From NCBI GenBank assembly GCA_964188305.1, contig OZ076894.1: a stretch of DNA of 64,000 nucleotides; one strand, written 5' to 3'. Numbering within the stretch: the first letter of the stretch is position 1; each line of letters starts with the position of its first letter. This document shows, piece after piece, positions 23,663 to 34,275 of this stretch. Below the pieces are notes generated by a model, which worked only from the letters and a program-made list of their open reading frames with translations, ran no database searches and had not been told where the DNA came from. The position numbers were made by a program, and so were the translations under genes. The stretch is from Podarcis bocagei (lineage: Eukaryota).

Positions 23663-24413
23663 CCGTATTTTTCGCCCTATAAGACGCACTTTTCCCCCTC
23701 CAAAAATGAAGGGGAAATGTGGGTGCGTCTTATGGGGCGAATGCAGGCTTTCGCTGAAGCCTGGAGAGCGAGAGCGGTAGGTGCGCACCGACCCCTCTCG
23801 CTCTCCAGGCTTCGCGGACCTCTCCCCAAGCAGCGGGAATGCTCCCGCTGCTTGGGGAGAGTTGCCGGCATCCCGAAGCCTGCGCGCGCTGATCCCAGCG
23901 CCGGCAGGCTTCGCGGATCTCTCCGCAAGCAGCGGGAACGTTCCCGCTGCTTGGGGAGAGTTGCAGGCATCCCGAAGCCTGCGCGCGCTGATCCCAGCGC
24001 CTGCAGGCTTCGCGGATCTCTCCGCAAGCAGCGGGAACGTTCCCGCTGCTTGGGGAGAGTTGCAGGCATCCCGAAGCCTGCCCGCGCTGATCCCAGCGCC
24101 GGCAGGCTTCGCGGATCTCTCCGCAAGCAGCGGGAACGTTCCCGCTGCTTGGGGAGAGTTGCAGGCATCCCGAAGCCTGCCCGCGCTGATCCCAGCGCGT
24201 GCAGGCTTCGCGGATCTCTCCGCAAGCAGCGGGAACCACCGCTGGGCTCCCACGGCTTGCAGAGAGCTGCCTGTTTGCGGGCTGGGGTCGGGGGAAGCTC
24301 GGGCTGCCCCAGCCCCGCGCCTGGGGGGGAAATAATTTTTTTCCTTTATTTCCCCCCCCAAAAAACTAGGTGCGTCTTATGGGCCGGAGCGTCTTATGGG
24401 GCGCAAAATACGG
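23663..24413. mobile_element. Young Tc1/mariner-superfamily (Tc2/pogo-like) non-autonomous element with internal tandem array
   Basis: TIRs CCGTATTTTTCGCCCTATAAGACGC / GCGTCTTATGGGGCGCAAAATACGG, TA flanks, CpG-rich, no transposase. Confidence 0.88.
23806..24235. repeat. 99-bp tandem repeat (about 4.3 units) inside the MITE
   Basis: Unit start caggcttcgcgg at 23806, 23905, 24004, 24103, 24202. Confidence 0.95.
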
Positions 24414-25438
24414 TACTTGCTAAATGTAGACTGACAGAGTCATAGTTAGTGAACTCACAACTTTTATTCATCTGCTTTAAACTCAAAATATCTTTAATTT
24501 ACTGTGGCAGTCTTTTAGATAAAGCAATATTTGCAATGAAACTGTTCAGTAGCTTCTGTTATTATTTTCTCTGAATAAAATAGATACCATTCCAGCCAGC
24601 TCCATGCACCCAGCTCATTCCTTTACTCCTACTTCTCTTCTCCTTTAGCATAAGTGGGAATGCATAGCTGGAAACGTTAGTTAACCATTGCTTCCTGTTA
24701 TGTGTAAAGCAAGAACTATGCTTAGCAGCTTCCAAATAAACCAGCATTCAAATCTAACTTTAAACATGGCTCCATTTCCTAGTTTATTTGGAAGCCATTA
24801 AGCAGTACCTCAGTTATGTCATAACAAGAAGCAATTGTTAACAGTGGCTTCTGGGCTGGTTTCCCTGCTCAAGTGAAGGTAGGTGCAAAGGAACTGTTGC
24901 AGATTCATTGAGTACATGCATATCGTGGTTTATAAAGGCAGGAATCGTTTGTGTAAAGATAACCAGCGGCCTCCAGAGAAATGAGGGTTGTTTCTGAAAT
25001 TCTGAATTACCTACTGTGACTTCTCAAATGGGAGCCAATGCTTTAGTAATTCTCCATTGATGTTGCTTTTTTATTTCCAAATTTTGTACAGAATAGTGTG
25101 CAAGCATAGTAAAACACTGCCAAATGGATACCAGTCAGTGTGCACATCTGCAAAAAGAATCTAAACGCAATCATATGTGTGATTGCATCAATGTGGTTTT
25201 TTGTTTGTTTGTTTTGTAAAGTTTTACCAATGTGCATGTCTGTTCTGATTAACTGTAGGAAGGAACCAGAGGTTCAGAAATAGTTTTATTAATTCTTCTA
25301 GCTACTGGAATTCAGGGGGGAGTGACATACAGGAAAGAGAACCCAGAGAAATAATTAAAAATTGAATGAAGAAACTCCTTTCGTCAACAGAAATGCTGCC
25401 AGTTAGATAATGTAAAGCCTTGTCCTCATTTCTCTTAC

Positions 25439-25650
25439 CTGCAGACCAACACGAATTCGCTTGGTTAGTGCTCCCTCTGGAAAGACAGCCTGCACTTGAG
25501 GTACTACTGTACTGCTTAGCACACCACCCTCGGGTCCAATGAGGTTACTGTCTTGTTTGACTCGGGACACCACTGCAAAGTACTGTGGGAAGTCCCGAGT
25601 GATGATACGACAAATGCGTTTCTTCTCCAGCTCTTCTGGTGTGTCAAGGA
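25439..25650 (-). CDS. ANK2: ANK2 ZU5A/ZU5B exon ([30 protein letters not shown]...KRIRVGLQ)
   Basis: 212 nt, acceptor tttacttag, donor CAG|gtaaga. Confidence 0.95.
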
Positions 25651-26512
25651 CTAAGTAAAAAGAGACCATAGTTAAACCATAATTATTTTCTACAGTAAAC
25701 ATTATATATATATAATGGTCAATGACTTTTCAGATCGTGCATTGACCAGCCAAAGTAAACCCTCAAAGCTATAAAATTCAAAAGTTACTTCATGCTACTC
25801 CTAATGGCCAGTTTTCAACCCAACCCAACACCTACTTCACTAATTTTCTAGAGTTTAGATGTCTCTATGACTACAGAAAGATTTGTGAACTCTACATTCA
25901 GACTATGTTCATCTTCCTTATTTGCCACTATGGCCTTACTATTGAATGTAAATGTGGTTGGCAGAAGACCACACAATGTGTTAGGATTGCTATTAAAGGG
26001 TTTCTTCAGATTTTTGCAGTTTTGTCCAGAATAACAAATCTGTATCATAAAAACTTCATGTCACTTGGATACGCCAATAGATCTTTCACTTAGTGCAGGG
26101 AGATTTGACCACAAATTTGCAAAAATGGGGAAATATTAGTGAGAATTCACAAAGCTGCTGGTAAATGTGTTTGTCTTACCCATGAGTCATTTTAAACTGT
26201 TCTGACTTACAGAAAGAAGGCAAACGCCACAAGTTTTGATGTTCTATTTGTCTTTTCTACTTGTTCCATCATATGCCAGGTTAACAGACCGAATGGTCTT
26301 GCACACAAATATTCATTGGCCACATGGCATTGTACATGTCAGCTCGGTGGAGAGTTAGCCACACAGAAACTACATATAGCAAATATGCATAGCAAATGCA
26401 TGCAGTAATCTATTTGTGGTTGCAGAATAATGTTTTTATTTATTTTTTAAGTTCATTATCATTTCCTTTCTGTGGCTTTCAGACTTTTCTCATTTCTTAG
26501 CACACTGTGTAC

Positions 26513-26667
26513 CTTCATCCATCCCGTTTAGGATTTCATTCAGCTCATCCTCTGTAAATTCACAGAAATGCTCCTTCCAGTTGTCTCCATTCTCACTGCG
26601 CAGGATCACCAGCTCCCTTTCTTTACCACGTAGAGCCGCAAAGTGAGGAATCTCAACAATCACAGGC
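26513..26667 (-). CDS. ANK2: ANK2 ZU5A exon ([27 protein letters not shown]...NGMDE)
   Basis: 155 nt, acceptor taatag, donor GAAG|gtacac. Confidence 0.95.
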
Positions 26668-27796
26668 CTATTACAGCAACACAGCACGTTAAAGGACTGT
26701 GCCAAATGGGCAGCAAATCAATACAAGTTTTCTCAGTCTGTTACAAAGTGACCTGGAATACGGCCGGCTTCTTTGCCATTCCTGGATACGATCCTGAAAA
26801 AAGCATACTAGAACCACTTTGGCATTATATAGCTTGTTGTTAGGACCAGTGAGAAATGTACTCCCACTTTTTTATATATATAAATAAAAATCACACAGCA
26901 TCTATGGTACTTGCCAAAGCAGTAGGGGCTGGCATTGGGGCTGTAGAATTATAAACTGGAATGAATAAAGCCCACACATTTGAAACTTGTTTTGATGTGT
27001 GGAATCCTGTGCAATCACATTTATCATGCAGAATCTACTGTTATCTATGTATATACATATATGGACACATTAAAGAAAAAATATGATTTATAGGAGAATA
27101 CAAATCTATTTAAGAAACAGGCCACATCTGTCATCAATCTGCATTGATTTTATATTGGCTCTTTGTTTCAGTTGACATTTTCCAGACTCCTAATTTATAG
27201 TGAAAATGCCCAAATGATTATTCTATATTAATCTACAAGCGCAAAATCAAATTTCTGCTCATTGTGTCCATATTGTATATATGTTTCATCATAACTTGTG
27301 TTTCCCATTTTTGCAAAAACTATAAATACATTTGTGTATCAATAGTCTCACAATAATAACTGAATTACATAGGCCATCTTGTATATATCATGCTAAGTTC
27401 TATGTTATATCCAATATATAACATATCACCGTTGTGTTGGTGACAATAGAGGCAAAATATTGTACAGTAGATTCCTACAGTTCCAGTCCAGGTTGCTTTG
27501 CGACAGACGTCAAGCACACAACAGCTATAACAACTGTTACATTTCACAGCTAGGAAGTTCTCATGCTAAATCATAAGTGGAGTTCAAGGAACTTTAAGAA
27601 AAGGTACAAACATATCACCAAAACAAAAACCACATACCACAAGGGCTGGAAAATGGTCCACTAAAGGTTAGGTAAATACAGAATTTAAAATCATAGAAAG
27701 GGACAATGTCATGGGCACAATGACATAAAAATAATATTGCAGAAGGAGAAGAATGGGAAGGCCAGCATCCATCAATTTGTTTTAAGTCTCTCCTAC

Positions 27797-27895
27797 CCAA
27801 GAAATTTGGTCCCTGGAGGCCCCAGCTGAAGGATTCGGCTGACCAAACTTTCTCCCTCATTAAGTGGGGGAGGAGCCGTAGGCAGGTGAAGTTTA
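27797..27895 (-). CDS. ANK2: ANK2 alternative 99-nt ZU5A exon (KLHLPTAPPPLNEGESLVSRILQLGPPGTKFLG)
   Basis: Acceptor tactcag, donor TGG|gtagga, symmetric phase 2-2; matches the ankyrin-B insert as I recall it. Confidence 0.9.
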
Positions 27896-29523
27896 CTGAG
27901 TACATCCAAAGCAGCAGTGAAAGAAAGAAAATAAATAAGCTTTTATGTATTTTGTTTTCCAGAACCCCAGTGCACTGTCTGCTCAAGAGTGGAATTAGGC
28001 TGTACACTGAACAGGTTTCTGCCTTGATTTGTTTAGGTATGCCCCACTGATCCTGATAATTCATAAAAAGAGCTCCCCAGAATTTTGCAACCTTATCTTG
28101 TCCTCAGTAGGTTCAGTGGTATGCTAGCCTTGCTTCTAATATTAATGGGAGCAAGATCCAGTCTTCAGGACTTATGAGCAAATGAATTAATGTAAGGCTT
28201 GGCTTGGCAGGAAGTGTTCAGTGACTTTGATTTCACTGCCAGGACGCCACTCAGGAAAGTGCCAGCGGTGTAAGACGTGCCCTTGAGAAATGGTATGTAA
28301 ACTCTTAGTACATGTGAGTTTCCATAGACATTCCCCACTAGGCTGAAAGGGTGGGGGGGAAACCAAAAGTTGTTGAGTTTACTGTGAGTGTATTGGAAGG
28401 AGGAGAAACAGGTAGATAGAGGAAGAGAAGAACTGAAAATACAAAATGTGACAGCAAAGGCTTTCCTTAGTTTGGGTTTGATGCTTTTCTTTAAATAATT
28501 TTCTAGTATTGAAGGGCGCTTTTGTAAACCCTAAAAGCGACCCCTTTATCACAGATGTGCATCTACCCATCTTTTCAGACTTAGGAATCTTCTAGTTCCT
28601 CTATTGAAACGCAGCAACAACAAAATAATGAGTTAAATGGTTGATGGTTTTTCCTCCTATGCTGCATTCTAGAGATACATCCCATTCTTTCCCCAAACCC
28701 CATTCTCCAGAACTAAATGTTAGTTAAGACAACTGGCTGAAAGTCTAGGGACTACAGGGCCTTAAATTTGCTTCACGCTGGATTTACGCTGTTCCTTTGA
28801 CATCTTCATCCTTTTATCCATTTTCAGCTGAAGCCATTCGCTCTAAGCAGAGGGGGTTTCCTTTGATCATCCATTTTTGGATGCCACCATTGGTAAGGGA
28901 AATTGCTGATAAAATAAAAGTGTTGAAAACTGCTGGTTTCAGCAGAAAATTGCTAAAACAAGTGCAGCACATCTGATCTTTCTGTGGGGTACTGCAGTAG
29001 AAGGAATAAAATGCAGCCCCAGAAAAATCATAGGTTTGTGCTTCCCAGGCAGTCCCAATTACTGAGAAAATATCCACTGAGAGAACACAAGTCCCCCTTG
29101 AAAGCAGCTTTAGCTTTTCTTGCATCTTTCAATAGATGTTATATTTACATTTGCAACATTTGTGCTATTTTCATTTTACCCTTAAAAGCGAATATGTAAT
29201 TAATTGACTGCAATCACGAAACGATTTGTGCTTTAAAAGCCCAGCGTGGATTAAACAGACTTATTCCAGGAAGCACACTAAACCTTGAGTTGTAGCTACT
29301 GGTGCTTTAAATAAGGGGAAAAAACAAAACAAGCTAATTGAATTATTGCTGGCCTAACAGTGTTGCGCTTTTCACTGCAGAGCCCATCAGCATAAAATAA
29401 ATCAGACACAACATTTTCACTTTGAGCACTGAAGTGCTGAGCCACCCCAGAGTAGATCACAAAACGAAACCATCTTTGTCATGTTTTTTAAAATTATCTT
29501 GGATAATTAAAAAAAATTCTTAC

Positions 29524-29748
29524 CCAAGAAACTGAGCACCAGAAGGCCCAACTTCAATTAAACGGCTAGCCAGGCCTTCTCCTTCCACCATTGGAGGCAT
29601 TGTGGCCAGTCTATGACGTTTGACCAACCGGCAGGTAACTCGTGTTGGAGCAGTGCACTTCCGGGGTGGAATAATTATTCGAAGTCCATTGTGTCTGCAA
29701 CCCCGCATAGCACCACCTCGAGCATCCACCATAAAACTGACGAGGAAA
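29524..29748 (-). CDS. ANK2: ANK2 ZU5A exon ([19 protein letters not shown]...GPSGAQFLG), spectrin-binding DAR motif
   Basis: 225 nt, acceptor ttttcag, donor TGG|gtaaga, phase 2-2. Confidence 0.96.
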
Positions 29749-32075
29749 CTGAAAATTGGGAGAAATAATGCAATCTGATTTGGAAGTCAATCATAATGTT
29801 CGTTACTAAATGTCCATTCTTACTGGCCTGTGTCAACTAAAATTATGTGCTGTGTGCTACCCTATATCCACAGCTTTAGATATTAATTGCAATGAAGTAG
29901 GTGTGACTATTACTGTATCTCTTTTCAGTAATAATATAAATAGTAATCAGACCTAAGAAGATAACATATATGTAAACACATGACAGTTAAGAGAAATGCA
30001 GAGAGACATGATGTGTATTCCTCAGCCTGTAAATATCTCATTTCAACGGGTTGCGTTATGCAACTGCCCACAAAATTGCAGTCATGGTTGGCTGTGCTGG
30101 TTTGTATATGTCCATCAGAAACATAGTAAAATAAGATTAGGAATAACACTGAATACAAATAGTATTTGGATACATAACAGATACTGTAAATACGAAGTCC
30201 ATTTCAATTTTTGTAGATTTTGTATCTGGTGATTGAAATGAGTAAAGATTCTAGGACAGCAGGCCAGATCCTTATCTGAACCTAGCCTTGTGGGCCAAAT
30301 CTGACAGTAGGCAGGGTCCATTTGACATCTCAGTGATGCCATGCCAGCTGATTGAGAACTCTGAAGTCCCTAAACTGTTGGACTTCAAACCAACATGCAG
30401 AGCTTGCGAAGAGTCTGATGTTTTCACTTTACCACCTCTCAGCTAATAGGTGGTAGAGGCAAGGCCAGCTTTCTACTGGAGTTGGCCATGTGAGAAAGTT
30501 CCCTGCAGGGAGCTGACTCGCACACCCTTTCTGGCAGGCTTTGGTTTTACTGCACATCAGCTGATGGAGGGCAGAGCTGGAGCCTGCCTTGCCAATGCAC
30601 AATCAGGTCCACACTTTAAGTTGTGCATTGGCAGCGGTGTCTCTACCTGTCCCCACACTGAAGTTGCATATGATGCCAGATGTGGGGTGGTGGCACGATT
30701 CAGGGGAAATGGCCTTGCAGGCTATATTTGAACCCCTGGCAGGCAAAATGGGGCCAGAGGGTGCATAAGACCTATAAGACCTTGATTTGTTTTCTTAAAA
30801 ACTATGAATGAAAGCAAGCAAATTGCTGGTATTCTTTAACAGCTGGCAAGATCCCCACCAAACGATTAAGGAAATGTGACCATAAAATGGGCTAAAATTG
30901 GAGAGAAAATGCCAACACTATTTTCCCTTCCCAGTTTTCTCTAATGTTGCTTCCCCTTGTTTCCTGCTTTCTCCCATCCTCAGTCCCTTGAAGCAAAATT
31001 GCATCCTTTAATACCTTATACAAATGTTTATCAAATACAATACATCACTCTTCACAATCAGAACCTTTCCCCAGTGAGATCTACATGCAGTTATAACAAC
31101 CCTCCAAGCTAATGGGTGATAATTAGGAGACACGATTCGCCATCCTGAAGCATGCCATGCGCCCTACACCTTCCCTATTTCACCTCTCTAAGGCTGTCAA
31201 TACTTTTTCCAAGCAGGGTTCTTGCCCCTCAACATCCTCATGAAAAGGAAATGAGACATTATGGAACTTCCAGCTACAGCGACAGAGATTGTTTCACCTT
31301 CCGAATTTTCATTTTTTGTGTACATCTCTTAAAAACACACACACACAAAGTTGGCAACTCTACTTCCTACAGAGAGTGCAATTCAGTGTGGTGATTCTGC
31401 CAAATTGTTTGTATGCCTCTGGTCTAAATGTGCAAATGTGCTATTTCTTTAGAGATGGAGCTTCTTGGTTTTAACAGGATAATGACATAATTCGGGATGC
31501 TATTTACACACATTCTCTCTGAGCTGTTTCAGTTAGATAGCATTGAATCTTGAGTTTCAGTTTCCCTCCTACCAGCACTTATGGGTTGATTTTTCCTTTC
31601 TTAATTCAAAGGTATAATTGATGTACTTGTTTTCATAATAATTTAATATGTAAATATATTATTCTTTCTAAGAGTAAAACATTATTCTGGGGTATGTGTC
31701 ATAGGCCAGATGATGCAATGAAAATTGCAGACATTCTGGTTCTCTGGTTCTTCCTAAACATTCTCTTTGGAGTGATCCCTAAACATTTCAGAATAATTTC
31801 TAAAAGGTCACACTTTATATGCACTAATATAAATATAATTCATAATAATTTATTATATGCAACCAATTTTCATAAAGGCATGGAATATCACTTTTGGATA
31901 GAAGGATAAATAATTATTTTCAACAACTCAACCCTACATCTAAAAATGATATAAACAGCAGGAAGGGTCATGCACAACTTTTCAGGGAGGTTTAATTTCA
32001 AATGCACAGAACTTGCTTTCATCTGTAAACCTCTGCTCCTACAAGAAAAGAAGCTATATCAAATATGATAGTACA

Positions 32076-32077
<2 letters not shown>

Positions 32078-32158
<81 letters not shown>
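32078..32158. repeat. Compound microsatellite (CT)n(CA)n
   Basis: Directly visible. Confidence 0.95.
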
Positions 32159-32160
<2 letters not shown>

Positions 32161-33641
32161 GCTTATCCAGTTGGCCCCTTCTGCTCCCATGACATAACAG
32201 AAAGACTGTCCATGGAGATATGGTAGCAAAAAACTTGCAGAGCTGTACTCATAGTAGGCAACGGGAAGGTTGCGGCATCTATGGATAATTATGAATTGGA
32301 TGTTGATGTTTGCATAGCATCCAGCTAGAGGTCAGAAGAGGCTAGACACTGCTTTTAGCCCACTTCTCATTCTTCCTTCTTACATACTACCAGCCCAGAG
32401 GATGATCCTGGTGGTTAGCTTTCTCCTCCTTAGTTTCAGCATTGCCTTTGTAGAACTCAACAGGGGGGAGGATGGGGAGAAAACTAGAATTTGTTGGATC
32501 TGGCTGCCATCGCCTCTAGCAACTGCCTTCTGTCCTACCAGCCCCAGTAGGCTGGGAGTCCTATAGTCACACCAGAGCAAATGAAACTATGGTTGTAGTC
32601 TTTTTACTAATGAAAACAGGCAAAAGAGACAGCATGCTACACACAAAGCATTCAGATATGCTGGTACATTTGAATTAGTTGGTTAAACAGGCAGGCAGAC
32701 ATGCTTCTCATCACCCAGCTGGGAACAACAGCCCTCAATAGACTACATCCACCACAGCCTCACACAGGAGGTCTTCAAATTGTGATTACCATTTGATGCA
32801 GGGAAACAAGGAGATAGCAGCAGACAGTTAGTCACAGTGAGGAATATTAGATACAAAACAGCTTGATCAGGTTGCTTCAGCATTTTTATCAAGTTTGCAA
32901 ATAATAATAATGCAGCAAAATAGTTGTGCTGCATTTTAGTGGGACAGCAAAAAACTAAGAGACCAATCAAACGCCTACTTAAAATTAGTGGGCATGTTTC
33001 TCCTTGCATGAAGGCTACTGAATAGAATTCAAAATGTTCTTTGAGAAAGTAAGGACAGATTTTCTCTCGATAAAGGGAGAAATGCATTTAGTTATGCATG
33101 ATAACGTTCCTTAAACTTCAAATGATGTATGCATTTTTAATTACATGAAGGATTTCAACTCAAGACTTGATGGCTCCAGGCATCTGCAATATGGTTACAA
33201 CACACTATGCATCTGAATTTATTGAAGAAAATCTGAAATAGAGCTAACGATTTGTAATGCACAATTCTAATTGTAGACTGAATTTTGTTCATGTAAAAAT
33301 ATTGCAAGCCTAAGGACTGCTTTTAAATTTCTCCAGTTACTTTCGGTATCCAATTAATAATTGCTTACAATATTTTTGTGAGGCTGGGAGTGTGGGAGAA
33401 AAGGACTGTATATGACAAGATTTTGGAGGTTTCTTGCGGGGAGACAATGTATTTCCTTTGTACTCTTCAAAATGTAGGCTGCTAACATATTCAACAGACA
33501 GGCAGAAATCTTTCTCCTATACTAAGCAATGAATGGCATCAATGCACCAGAGCATCCTGAAGTGAATAAACGAAAAGGATGACAGAAGAAGGAAGGCAAA
33601 AGGAAGGCAAGTATTAAAAATGAAATTATATATAAGTTCAC

Positions 33642-33677
33642 CTGCTGTTGTCATGGTCAAAACATGGAGATGAGCGG
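33642..33677 (-). CDS. ANK2: ANK2 alternative 36-nt exon (RSSPCFDHDNSS) just before ZU5A
   Basis: Acceptor ttttgttttgctactgttgcag, donor CAG|gtgaac, symmetric phase 2-2, open frame. Confidence 0.8.
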
Positions 33678-34152
33678 CTGCAACAGTAGCAAAACAAAAA
33701 AAGAGTGGATGAATAAATGAAATAAAAGGAGGAAGAGAAGCTGTTTTAACCTACAAATGGAGAGATGTAAAGTGAATATGTAAACACAGATTACAGAGAG
33801 AATATATATATATATATATAGGTGCAAAGATGAATGAAACAGGATGTCCCTCTCTGATCTCTGCTGATTGGGGGGGGGGACTCAAGTCCTCATTGCAAAT
33901 TTATTCCACCTCCAAAAAATATGGAGGCCACACAGAAACACTTGCCTGTATCAGTGTTCCAGGCAGCTCCATATGTGTGCAGACTCTGTGTGCCAGATGT
34001 ATAAATAGCAGGGAACAGTTATGCTTTAATGCATCTAGTTCATGGGCAACTGCATATGGAAATAGCCTCTTCAACGGTGTATCTTCCATATGATACAGTT
34101 AAGAGCTTTTCAGTGGTCTCCATATGGCAGGCTATAAAGCTTTAATCCAAAG

Positions 34153-34275
34153 GTAGCCAACATGGTGCCTTCCAAATGTTATCGGATTATAATTCCCATT
34201 ATAACTAGCCACTGGCTATGCTGGTTGGGAGTTACTTCAACTATATTGAGAAGGCAACACACTGGCTACCCCTGT
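34153..34275. mobile_element. Old hAT-type palindromic MITE (related to 21136-21271)
   Basis: ggtagccaa...ttccaaatgtt...attataattccc...gaaggcaacacactggctacccctg; inverted ends; boundaries approximate. Confidence 0.55.

Noticed and set aside
23806-24235. CRISPR-like array of palindromic repeats
   Set aside because: Units are near-identical along their whole length with no unique spacers, there are no cas genes, and the context is a vertebrate intron.
23639-24445. Five overlapping long ORFs with 33-aa periodicity, the same length as an ankyrin repeat
   Set aside because: They arise from a GC-rich, stop-poor 99-bp repeat inside a MITE. There is no TPLH motif and no fitting splice sites, so the 99-bp match to ankyrin exons looks coincidental.
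27638-27660. 23-nt exon-like unit downstream of the 99-nt alternative exon
   Set aside because: Not frame-preserving, branch-like motif too close to the AG, and no other support.
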